The notes beneath the pieces are model-generated. The model had not been told where the DNA came from. It made no database searches and saw nothing but the letters and a program-made list of their open reading frames with translations. A DNA stretch of 63,927 bases, filler included, from Folioceros fuciformis (Eukaryota), in NCBI GenBank assembly GCA_049999805.1. It is 10 parts of 10 records of this genome, joined end to end, with 100 filler letters (N's around TTAATTAATTAA, not from the genome) between each part and the next. Parts side by side here need not be neighbours in the genome. Positions count along the whole stretch, not along the records: positions 1 to 12,958 come from JBNGIO010003318.1; 9 more parts are not named here. One strand, 5' to 3'. Within the stretch, counting starts at the first letter, position 1. Each line of letters begins with the position of its first letter. The position numbers and the translations under genes are program-made. Below are positions 1 to 11,149 of this stretch, in pieces.

Positions 1-2
1 CA

Positions 3-1880
3 CCACCTCCTCCCCGCAAAAATCTGAGATTAACACCCACAATCACCCTCGACCCACTACCACTTCCACCACCACATCCACCAATTTTTACACCTATTGG
101 TGGACCAGAGCCACCACCAGGGTATGGTCACTTCCTGCAGCCAAAGGTGTCAGAAGAATCGACTTCACTGGACTACATGGGGGCACCACTGACATTGACT
201 AACCCAGAAAACTCTGAGGAATCGGCAATAGACTATTACCAACCTGTTACGTTCGTGCCCTACAAAAGTTCCAGACTTCAACGGATCCAGCAGCAAATAG
301 AAGAGCTCAGAAGGTCAGGTGACCGAGCAAAGATTGAAGCTTTCATTTCCGTTGTACCTGTGAATGACCCCGTCACCAATAGCCGAAAGAATCCAAGCCA
401 AGTAGAACACACATCTCCTGAGGGCAACAACACGAGAGAGGAACCCATGCAGAATCTCGCAAGCGAGGAAACGATTTCCACACATAGCAGCTCTTCAAAG
501 AAAGATGACAATGCGAACTCGTCGAGTTTAGAGTTGTTGCGAAAAATTCAGCGAGAGTTTTCTGACATACGTGAAGGAAAGACTGCCACTCTGACGATAA
601 CACCTAGAAACGCGAAACAATCGGAACGACCACCAAACATTCCAGAGCCGAAAGATGCTGATCCAGTTTCAGACTTCGTCCCTTACAAAAGCGCCAGGAT
701 GCAGCGGATCGAGGAAGAGATTAGAGCACTGAGGGGAGCCGGTGACAAGGAAAAACTGGAAGCTTTTCTTGCCTGGAAGGAGCAAGACAGACCACGAGAT
801 AGTGCAACCACACCAGACGATGCTACTGAGGGTCTTGGCACAGAAAACCGTCGTTCGAGCGCCGTACTGTCTTTGCTGCAAGAGATGCGGAAAGAACTGG
901 CTGCCTTGAGCGGTACTGTGGACTCGGAGCCTCATGAGGCTTTCCAGCGCCCCGTCGGGGCCGTGAACTCGGGGCCTGAGGCTGCCCAGCTCGAGCTGCT
1001 ACCTACATCATCTCCACAGCCAGAAACGGGAACTCCAACTCCAGAGCCAGCGACAGCAACCGTCAAGAATTTTGTGCTACAGAAGGTGAAAGACGTAGTG
1101 GCTGCATTGAGTGGAACTGGGGAGGCTTCCCCATCCTCAGAGTCAGCGATAGATCAGAGCGCATTACTGGATGGGGCTGTTGGGCATGACGAGACAGAGA
1201 AGCGACCAGCAGGAGCTTTGAGCTCCTCAGACGGGGAGAACGGGCAAAACGAATTCTGGCTGGTCCGCCAGATGAGGGAGAAGCTACAGAGCCTGGGTAT
1301 GGCAATGACGAGAACCGTGGACGCGAGAGTAGACGAACACAGCACGCAGATAAGGCAGGCAGATTGGCAAGCCGGATTGTCCATTCGGCCCGAGGGCAGG
1401 GACGACCAAGACTCAGATTGGGAAGAAGACACGACAGAGCAATACCGCCCAATTGCATTCGAGTTCGCCGTCAGCAAGCCTCAGGGGCCTGATGCTAGAA
1501 GAGGCCTTGAAGACATCTTGCGGAGGTTGGCTGTGGCTAGTCAACAAGGGCCCAAGAAAGGCGAAAAGGCTTTCCGGCCAAATTTGTGGAAGCTCTTCCT
1601 GTCAGAGCAGCGTGTGTGCTTCCTGTGGACTCGCAATCGTAGCCGTATGAGAGCGACAACGTCGGTAAGGGAAGATATTGTGGAGCAGCCCTGGCCCGAT
1701 TGGGAGAGAATGAGAAGCCTGTACCAGAAGGACATCAGGGCCACCGTCATTAGGAACGAGCGGATCTTGGAGAACGCTTCGGAGCAGGTGTCGTTGCTAA
1801 AGCAGCAAGGTATCGTCATGCCTTTGGAGCAAGAAACGAAGAAGCTAGAAGAAGAGGTATGTGATCTGCGACACTACTAA
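3..1880 (+). CDS. Uncharacterised intronless protein (at least 625 aa, 5'-partial) with a Pro-rich N-terminus and internal helical repeats
   Basis: The frame of ORF 147..1880 is open back to base 3 (PPPPRKNLRLTPTITLDPLPLPPPHPP...). It carries two copies of FVPYKSxRxQRIxxxIxxLRxxGDxxKxEAF. No family recognised. Confidence 0.6.
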   Translation, partial: PPPPRKNLRLTPTITLDPLPLPPPHPPIFTPIGGPEPPPGYGHFLQPKVSEESTSLDYMGAPLTLTNPENSEESAIDYYQPVTFVPYKSSRLQRIQQQIEELRRSGDRAKIEAFISVVPVNDPVTNSRKNPSQVEHTSPEGNNTREEPMQNLASEETISTHSSSSKKDDNANSSSLELLRKIQREFSDIREGKTATLTITPRNAKQSERPPNIPEPKDADPVSDFVPYKSARMQRIEEEIRALRGAGDKEKLEAFLAWKEQDRPRDSATTPDDATEGLGTENRRSSAVLSLLQEMRKELAALSGTVDSEPHEAFQRPVGAVNSGPEAAQLELLPTSSPQPETGTPTPEPATATVKNFVLQKVKDVVAALSGTGEASPSSESAIDQSALLDGAVGHDETEKRPAGALSSSDGENGQNEFWLVRQMREKLQSLGMAMTRTVDARVDEHSTQIRQADWQAGLSIRPEGRDDQDSDWEEDTTEQYRPIAFEFAVSKPQGPDARRGLEDILRRLAVASQQGPKKGEKAFRPNLWKLFLSEQRVCFLWTRNRSRMRATTSVREDIVEQPWPDWERMRSLYQKDIRATVIRNERILENASEQVSLLKQQGIVMPLEQETKKLEEEVCDLRHY

Positions 1881-2253
1881 TAAAAGAGAGCTGAGGTCGT
1901 TTCGAGCGAAGGCCACACTGCGACTTACATGATCCCGGGCATTACAGGGTTGCTGCAGGAACGACAGCTCACAGGCAGCGGCCCGCTTCTCTCGCTCATG
2001 CCCGCTGCTCAAGGTGGCCTACCTGCAGCAGCCCGTCTGCCGTAGATGGAGGGCGTTTATTCTACCATTCCGGTGTCATGGGTGGGATTGAGTCATGCTC
2101 ACCACAAGACTCGACTCCCCAAACATGTGGCGTAACCCAACCCCAGAGTTGAAAGGACGAAGGTGCGCTTCAGATTTATCTCCGGAACAATTGTTCATAC
2201 CATGTTTCGTTTTAGGTTCATCATCACTCTTCTGCAGGCCACGGAGGGAGGCG

Positions 2254-3667
2254 TCAGTGGTCGCCGATGAGAGTCAAAAGAAACTTCTTGTGATCGCCGG
2301 ACAATTCCTCCTGAATCACCCCCGCAAGTGATTTCCTGTACTTGTTCTGAAACTCTGCCTTGATGTATTGCATGTCAATTTCAGCGCGAGTTACAACCAG
2401 CGCTGTCAACCTCTCACTGTCGGTGCCGCGTCCTTTGGTGGCTTTGTTCAGAGCCTGCAGGATGAACTCCGACCGGCTCCAGCATTAGAGGACTGGAATG
2501 CTCCTTGCAACAGGGCACTGCATGAGGGGGTGCGGGACTCACCTGCGCAAAGTACTTGGCGGGATAGTTGGCCTTGACGATGGCTTTCAGGGCCTGCTGG
2601 AAATGCCCACTTGTTTCTCGCTTTATAGCCTGAAGGGTGCAGGACGAGACACGAAGTTGTGTCAGTGTGAAATGGATCAAGTTGCCATGCCAGGCCTGCA
2701 ACTACAGTACGTACCTCTTCCAGGCTGTGACCATGCATTTCTTTGTAGGCCGTCAGTGTGGCAGCTAGTTGAGCAGGGCCCCTGGAACTCAGAATCCGGA
2801 TGAATCTTGCCTCGTCGGTTCCCACACGGCTTTCCCCGGCTCTGTAAAGTTCTCTGGCCTCAACCCGAGCTAGCCCCCAGTCCACAGCTGGGATGTCCGG
2901 TCGATAATTACCCATACACGCCAGGAGAAGCTGCCGTTGCCAGATCAAGTGCACCGCAAACAAAATCAGAGGACTTGCGCAAGCCGGAAAAACAACAGCA
3001 GGAAGCTGACAATGAGCACTTGGAAAAGGTAGTTCAAGCAAACCTCCTGATAGTGCCCGCTGGTCTCTGCTGCAACGTCTTGTTCAAGGTGAACGTTGTA
3101 TCTGGCGTGGTAGGCCTGTTTGATGAGCTGGAGCTGCGTCGAAGTTCGAGTGCAGAGGATGTCAACCATAACCCTGTCCTTGGTGCCAAGCCCGGCAAAA
3201 GCGTCGTGCAGCAACTGCGCATCCCTGATGGCTGGGTCCAGCATCCAAAGGAGCACTGCCCTCTGCCCAACATTCCACCAATACGCGTTACTCTGACCAC
3301 TGACCTACTGCTGCTTTGCTCTTGGCGGGCAGCTCAAGTTATCAAGTACCTCGAACTTTCCGTGCAACTCGGACCTGAGGCGCTGAGCCAAATCTTCCCC
3401 ATAAGTGGCCTTGTAGTGGCGCCCAATCTCCAGACGCTGGGGCGTGTTCCTGTGTGCCAGAATTTGGATCACTGCGTCTTCATCCGTCCCGAGACCTTGC
3501 GAGAAGCAGAGCAACCATTTGAGATGCCAGCATTATACAAACAAGCCTCCTACTCTAAAACAACATAGCATTGCAGGGAGGAACAGGCACTTACCTCGGA
3601 ATGCTCTGTGGAGACCGTGGCAGTCCTCTTGAATGTTAGCGTAGGGTGGGGGCCTTATTGTCGCCAT
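2254..3667 (-). CDS. ANN: Annexin (plant annexin D-type), about 6 exons
   Basis: ATG at 3667 ([24 protein letters not shown]). Four annexin repeats: [47 protein letters not shown] and [22 protein letters not shown]...[19 protein letters not shown] introns at 3594-3496 and 3349-3263, and a donor at 3043. Confidence 0.95.
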
Positions 3668-3933
3668 GGTAACCCACCCTTCTCCAGAACTTTCCCGCCT
3701 TCAGACTCTGCCTGCCGGCCTGCCTCGGGCACTGACTGCTTTGGACATACAGAATGCTCCATGGAGAACCCATCTTCGACCGTAGACAACGGGACTGACG
3801 ATCGATCTGACGCACGGACCGATACTGACAAAGTATCGATGATGAAGCAGATGATATTCGGCCTCCCAATAAAGAATTCCCCAGCTTTGTTTACGCAATA
3901 GCAGCCGGGCCCACCTGGGTTGATTGTCCAATT

Positions 3934-5166
3934 TTACGAGCCACCGCTCACAAATTTGGCCATATCCATAAGGCCGGCTTGGGTGTACAAGTCGGCGAGC
4001 TGACCCCTAACACTGTCCCAGTTGCCTTCAACTGCCGTCAAATCTAACAAGAACGCAGCTTGGTCGGCTGCTATTTGCTCATTGGCCTTGCCCTTGAGGA
4101 GGTCTTCCCTCCTGCCTTCGTCCGTCACTCTTTCCCTCATGAACTCAATCTGCTCATCGCCCCATCCAGCGATAGCTGCGACCTCGCTATAGCTGCGCCC
4201 GAGAGTCCACCAGGGGGACTTCAACGCAATTCTCGCTGCGTCCCTGGATTCCTTACCCCGGCCCGCATCAGCCAGGATTTCGGCATTGAACACGAACGGA
4301 CGTCCGAAACCGGGGAAGTGCTTCCTGCTGGCGTAGTACTCGGCAGTGACCAACGCAGACGTGGTATCCCCTCTCTACAGAACAACAAGGGAAGCCAACG
4401 CGAGGCCGTGAGAAACTTGTTACACATCGGCGCCGCAGGTGACAAGCAGCAAGGTGATTGATGAGGCAGGCCTCACTTGGAAATGCCGCATCGCTAATCT
4501 TTCGAACACATCCGGGAAGAGCCCCACTTGCTTCATCAAGTAAATCTCCAGACTGGGCAGCTTGCCTGGGACAGCATCGCCTCGTTGGTGCAACTCTTCA
4601 CCCACCTTGCCCGCGGCCGCAAACATGGCATCCGCAAGCGCGGAGTCGTAATACTCGGCTTCCACCAGAAGCCTGTGCACCAGCTCCGCAGGACTCTTGG
4701 CCAGTAAGGTGACCCCGTGCTTGGAGACGCGGACAACCGGAATGTCCATTCCATCCGGAGCTGTCGGCCATCTCAAGAGAGCTGTGGTCACCATCGATGA
4801 TTCCTGCTGGATCTCCGCCTCCTTTCCCTCCTCTGCCGTGCACTCGGAGATGGGAATCGCAAGAGGGAAAACGCCAGCCCGCCGCTCCCACGGGGCCACC
4901 AGGGTTTCTCCCCGTGCCGCAAGAACGGAGAGCAGCGGCGACAGGGCGCGAGGGAGCGCTAGTTTCGCCACATCCGTCACAAACGACTCGACGCTAGAGA
5001 ACGTGGGAGGAGCTGACACCGAGAAGGACTCGGACGCATTGGACACTTCCCTCGTGAGCGAGGCACAAGCCCGGATCCGCGTCAGGCGGGTGCTGGCTGC
5101 TGTCGGAGCTGGACCTGCTGCAGGCCGGAGGCACAGCAGCAGATCTAGGGCTTTCAGCATGCTCAT
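3934..5166 (-). CDS. PAB: Protein IN CHLOROPLAST ATPASE BIOGENESIS (PAB)-like, 2 exons, with transit-peptide-like N-terminus
   Basis: Motifs LLRWPTAPDGMDIPVV, VGLFPDVFERL, YYASRKHFPGFGRPFVFNAE and ARIALKSPWWTLG, recognised from the plant PAB family. Exons 5166-4477 and 4374-3934 join in frame across a GT-AG intron. The start codon is inferred. Confidence 0.85.
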
Positions 5167-5897
5167 GCTCCTCAGGGCCTGTACCGACGAGACGCTGCCT
5201 GGGAGAAAAAACATGGCCGGCTTTAGCACGAGGGAACAGTTTGGGAAGCTCACAAACATCAAGCATTGAAATGGAGCAAAAACGTTTCCTCTCACCAGAA
5301 TCTGTTGTGACGAAGCTAACCAATGATGGGCTGCGGGCGAGCAATCCAGTGCACGACGATGGCGAGTGCAGCTTTGATCCTCGCGTTCTGCCACCGCACG
5401 ATGCCGCGCGCCAAGAAACAATTCCACCATCTGGTCCAGGGTGTTCTGCAGCAGCAACTGAGGCCGGCACGTTGGGGTGAGGTTCCGTCTCCAGCCGTTC
5501 GCCAGATAGTGCTTGGCCGTATTTCGACCGACGAACTACCTCATGGTAAATTGGTACACGGTTTCAAGTACACCAAACGTAGATTGATGTGCACAGATCA
5601 GACAGGCCAACACAGGAAAGAGCGAAAAGTAACCAACCACCCAAGAAGAATTCTGCATGGTAGAGCCGCATGCAGAGCTGGAACCCATCAAACAAAATAA
5701 AAGCACGCAACCACGGAGGGTTGGAATCCATCGCTCTGAGCAAGTGCAGCTCTCGACGGCAGAACGTGGGACAAGTACTACATAGACTAAAATTCCAAGC
5801 GAAGACTGTGCTGCTGAAACCATCCGGAGAACAGCCGAAGTACAGTATTCTTTCGCTGCAGTTGTAGAAATCATGGCGACGCCCTCCAACCCGACTG

Positions 5898-8800
5898 TCA
5901 GGACAAGTCTTTTTTTACATACTCCTTCCGGCGACGATTACATTCTCCTCTTCCTCTTCCTCTTCCTCTTCCACTGAATCGCCTTGTCTCAAGTTTCCCT
6001 TCAGAAACACCATCTGCAGCTGGCAACTCCTGTTTCTCATCATCTCCATTATTGCTTTCTACCAGTCCTGAGCCGTCATCATCGCCAGCAGATGCAGACC
6101 TGCTAGTACCATCTAACATGGCCTCGGACACTGGCACAGGCTCAACCCTTGACCCAGAGCCTAAAGCAACAGGATGTGTTGTTCCCAGTTCTTTCACTTG
6201 ATAACGCAGAATTGGCTGCTGTGTGCGTCGACTTGCTCCTCGATTAACCCGAGTTACAGGTGGGTCATCAACTTGCCCGTCAGTAACCATGTCGGCAGGG
6301 TAGCCAGGTCCTCGCCAGTTCTCGGTGGTATCAAGGTGAATATCCGGCTTACTTTTCCTGTCGTTCCCACCTCTGCTACTTGCATTGCCAAGTAGACCTC
6401 GGCTGGCCCCAGTTTCACTCCGTCTCCAGCCCAGGCCAGAACTGCTTCCGCTTGGGGGCAAAACATTGGCAATAACATCGTCCAGATTTCCAGTTTCCTC
6501 TACCCCGGAATCTCCAGGATACGTGCCAAGATCGTCAAAAGAATCGTCGTACTCATCATCGTATTCTGCGCCAGTGAGGGCCACAGCTCTGTCAAGGGCT
6601 CCAATGCTTTCTAACCTGGTCCCCGTGGCCGTGCTCGTACTCGTACTCGAACTCTCTACTGCTGACGGCCAAGCCTCTTTCGCAACCTGTTCCTCGTGAG
6701 TTTCTGGCGGAAATGAAGGAGGTAGAAAGTCACCTTCAGGAAAGACCTGCGAAGAGGAGGAGGCTCCTTCCAGAGCCAGAGCTTTTTTGGCCTTCGTGGG
6801 CGGTGATTCATCAGTAACAATCCTTTTCCCCTTATCCTTCCCCGAAGAGGCAGAAGTTGAACGCACAGGCTTTTTCTCCAGCCAGGTTTCCAAAGCAGCG
6901 AGATCTGGGTAAAGAGTGCCTTCCAGGACACTCTCTATCACCTTCTCTGGGTTGTTGTCATAGACCTCCAGGCACGCAAGAATAAAACCTGTGCCAAAAG
7001 CAGGAAATATATCGCGGACCTCCTGAACCTTGGACAAAGTGGCGGCATTTAAAGCTTCATCCTCATCACATTTCATACTTTCCGAGGACAACTTCATCGA
7101 AACTGCAACCCGCTTTGCTTTATCAGAGGAACCTGCTTCCTCTTTTGTCGCTAAGGCAGCCAGATACTCGTACTGAGCATCATCAAGGACAAGGGCCCCT
7201 GCAAACGTAGTAACAGAACCATAACCTGAAAATCCTTTAAAAGACGACTTGGAAAATAATATTCAGATGCGAAATCCTCCTTACCACTGTGACATAGCCG
7301 CCGAAGAACTTCACAAAGACCATACTTCTTCTCAATTGCTCTAAGCATCGACCCAGTGCAATCCAGCTTTAACAGTCCGCCCGCACTTCCAAAGGAGAAG
7401 TTCTCTTTATCCTCAACTCCCAGGGCAATGGCTACCACCGCTTGGATAACAAAATCGCCCTGCACTCCGAGTCTTTGAACTTGCACTATTTCTCTGTCAT
7501 TCCCTGAAACTGAGCTTGATGACCCTCCATCAAATTTGGCCAGGTAGGTTATTCGAACTATTTCCCATGCAAGATTGATGAGTTGTATCCGAAGCCTTTT
7601 GAACCGCAGCTCGACATAATCCTTTGATAAGCGCTTGTGATCAATATGCACAGCTGTAGCGGATAATCCCTTGGAAAGGAGAGGTACTAAACTATCATGG
7701 ATGCCAGCAATGAAGGGTAAAAAGGGGCCCTGCACATTGCTAGACACAGGGAAAGTATGTCACTTGAGGGCACCCACAGCAAAGCATCAGGAATACACAA
7801 AGCTATGGCACCTTTGAAACTTTTCAAATAAGTGCAGGGGAGATGTGAGAGATACCTGGGAGCAGCAAACGTTGCAAGGATAGAGGCAGCTGATGGATAT
7901 GCGTGGATGAAGGCAGAAATGGTTGCAACGACATCAGTCAGGTAGTCCAGCACCTGCATAGTGTAAAGAGGATGAGAAAAAGGAACAGATGGCCATTGAC
8001 CTTCGGGAAAGGTAGGATCGACTGAGACCTCCACAAGCTGCTGACGAATGTTGGCGTAGTTTAGAGTGGGCGGGGAGGATGCTGGCAAAGATAGTTCCTA
8101 AACAATGAGGGATATCCCATAGACAAGGTGGCATACATTAGTTGTAAGATATCAATCCAGCTCTAGGCCATGACATAAATGAACAAAATGTAATCACAGT
8201 TACCTGAACTGCATCACGACAACGACGGTGCATGATGTCAACAGTGTGTACCAATGGAGGCACAATTGCTGAGATTTCCTCGGCGACGTTCGGAACTGCC
8301 CTCAACACGTTGTTGACCTTCAGTCCCAAACAGGCACTGGTTATCACACTGGTACTGGCTCAGCTGGTGACTGTGAGCAAGAGCAAAAACAGAGTGGACA
8401 AACATCTACTAGGGAGAGCAGGAATCCAACCAGGCGGTGAGTTAAGTCTGGATTGTCATGGTCGTAGATTGCGCAAATATCCATCAACTTGGGTACATCC
8501 AGTAGTCCTTTGTCAAACAGCATCCCTGTCAACGGTAACGGTACAGGTTAGAGACAATTCTGCAGCAAGTGAGAATTTGGCTAATTGAAAGTAAACTGTC
8601 TCTCCACGTAGCTGGCTAGCGTAACCCACTGGCAGGCTCTTTTGCTTGCGAGCTGTCAGGCGATGGTGCATGAGAATCATGGAAGGATGACCTGCAAATC
8701 ATCTGGATGTGAGGACAAAACTGGTCCATGGAACAGCTCTTTGGGAACCACGACACAGCAAAAATCACGAATTGTCGAATGTAGAAGGGCTGAACAGCAC

Positions 8801-9445
8801 ACTCACATTCGGTAAAACACCTTGAAAGTGCGTTGGAAGAGGTCATTATCCCCGATGAGAATTCCAGGTGGAGTTCCATAGTGTGCGGGGACGTATTCAT
8901 ACCAACGGCGTCGAAATTGCAAGTACGTGTCCAAGTACTTGCGCAAAGACTCGTCCGTGGTCACTGCACAGCAGCACAGTCCAAAGGAGCCAGTCAGCGA
9001 TAGAAGGAAAGCGGAGAGGAGGCAGAGGAGAGCGGAAGAATTGCGGGACGGTAAGCTCCGCTCAAACCTAAGCGCAGCTGGGAAGCATGACTCCAACGAA
9101 AGGCAAATGGAGCGACCGGAAATATTACAACACACCCTGTTTCCAGAATTGCTGAGGTTTGAGGCGCAGCAGAGTGGAGAGTTCAGCATTGAGGAGATCC
9201 GCAACCTCCTGGCTTACGGACACATCCAACGCGCCTTCCCTGCCAGCTGCTACTGCATCCTCGTGGGGCAGATACGGCAGAAAGCGGCCCTCAGACCTTG
9301 ACTCCGATGGACGCCCTGGCCTGCGAGGCCGGTGCGCTGCCCTTGACCCGGAAGCAGACGCAGACGAGGAGGCCGCAGCAGCCTTGTCCGCTCCAGATTT
9401 GACGCCATCGAATTTGGTAGCAGCACCGATTTTGGCCGAGCTCAT
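5898..9445 (-). CDS. ASCC2: Activating signal cointegrator 1 complex subunit 2 homolog (CUE ubiquitin-binding domain), multi-exon
   Basis: N-terminal FLPYLP...LLRLKPQQFWKQ, LRKYLDTYLQFRRRWY and LLDVPKLMDICAIY. CUE domain VQEVRDIFPAFGTGFILACLEVYDNNPEKVIESVLEG, acidic EYDDEYDDSFDDL motif and RG-rich tail. Confidence 0.88.
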
Positions 9446-10218
9446 GGCCAGCTGCGGGTCTGGGACCCCAACCGGGACATCAGCGAGGTCGACAGGCGGC
9501 CGGCGGACGAAGCAGCGAGAGCAGGAGCAGCAGCTGTAGCTAGGGGGTCGCTACACCAGCAGGAGACACAGCAACAGACACAGGGAACAGGAACAGCAAG
9601 GCAGCGTCTGGACGTCCTGTCAGAAGGCCTTCTGTCACTCGGCTGTTTGAATGGCAGTTGGGTCGTAAACCTGACAACAATCCCCACCTCCACTACATAC
9701 AGTATGTCTGTAAAGCATGTGAAACTCCGACTCTCTCGCCGTAGTGGCGTTGCCCACAGCTGGCCTCCTGCAAGTAGTACTTGACTGTAACATGTTAAGA
9801 TCGTCCGACTCCATGGTTGCAAATTCCAAGGTTCTTCTCCACCTTCTTTTCTCGGTAAGCACGAAAGCGTGCTGCTGTTGGTATCTACACGGCTGCAATC
9901 CCCGTACAATGCATCGATCCCTGCTACTCCTTAGAAGGTAGTATATTGTAAAAACAAGTTTGCCAGACAGGATCGTCTTGATGATGGTAGTTCCATGTTC
10001 GTAACTCCTGGCCTCTTTAGCCCTTCCCGAGTTGCTTCGTCGCCTGCCATCATCTGGCCAGGAATTCAAGGAACTGATAAGACTCTGGCAACGTGCGAAG
10101 GCGCGATGCTCCCCAAACCTTGCAGTAGATTTAGGATTGGTTGAGCTACAACAGACCTAACAGCAACCAGGCATGGAAGCCATATCGTAGGGTTACCTTC
10201 TCGGCTTGGAGTTGCAGC

Positions 10219-10994
10219 ATGGCGGGTGAGCAGCAGCAGGAGGTGCAGACACGGAAAGTGGAGACGGAGGAGGCAGCTAAGCAACGTTTTCTGCTGGAGC
10301 TGGAATTCGTGCAGTGCCTGGCCAATCCGATCTACATCCACTGTACGAGTCGCGCGCGGTTCGGTTGTGTTTCGAGTCTTGTGCATGGAGATAAACACCC
10401 TTGTCCCTGACGTGCCTCAGGCTCCTGGCTCGCAGATCTAGCTCAAAATCGGTACTTCGAGGACGAGGCGTTTGTGAATTACCTCAAGTACCTACAGTAT
10501 TTCCGGCGACCCGAGTATGCCAAGTTCATCGTGTGAGTGACGAGTCTTGGCGATCGTCCCTGTAGATGTTTGGTAGGATGTTGTCTAAGGTTGTGGCAAC
10601 CCTCAATCTCCGACTGGCAGATACCCGCACGCGTTGTTCTTTCTTGAACAGCTGCAGAAACCGAATTTCCGAAGCGCCATGGCTCATCCTGGCAACAAGG
10701 TTTGCCCTTACCTCCGTGTTTGACATCGCCTTGTGAGCGGGCGACTTGTTGCCGCTCATCCATTCATGCCTTGGCTGCTCCTCGCAGGAAGTAGCTCATA
10801 GGCAGCAGTTTTACTTCTGGAAGCACTACCGCAACAACAGGCTGAAACACATCCTACCCCGGCCTCTTTCGGAAGAGCCTCCCGCTTCTTCTGCTCCTCC
10901 AGTACAGCCGGCACAAGCTCCAGTGCCTGCCAGGGTGGAACCGACAACTAGATCCGCCGTAGGCGATCGGAGGAAGCGCAAAAGCAACGCGTGA
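10219..10994 (+). CDS. MED31: Mediator of RNA polymerase II transcription subunit 31, 4 exons
   Basis: RFLLELEFVQCLANPIYIH|YLAQNRYFEDEAFVNYLKYLQYFRRPEYAKFI|YPHALFFLEQLQ..|HRQQFYFWKHYRNNRLKHILPRP, with three short GT-AG introns. Confidence 0.96.
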
Positions 10995-11066
10995 CTGCTG
11001 CCAGGACATTAAATTAGAGAATGTGTAGGTGCTTGACGCATCGTAGAATCTACCTAGTACTACGAT

Positions 11067-11105
11067 GTTGATGGCTCAGGTTGATGGCTCAGGTTGATGG
11101 CTCAG
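11067..11105. repeat. Three tandem copies of the 13-mer GTTGATGGCTCAG, between the convergent MED31 and GDPD 3' ends
   Basis: Read directly from the sequence. Confidence 0.9.
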
Positions 11106-11149
11106 GTACAAAGGTGGCATGCCGGCCGCTCTGATAAAGCTGGTATCCA

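Noticed and set aside
2807-3568. 253-aa plus-strand ORF (likewise 4697-5269, 11354-11896, 41731-42345 and 38081-38827)
   Set aside because: Antisense shadows of real genes in GC-rich sequence.
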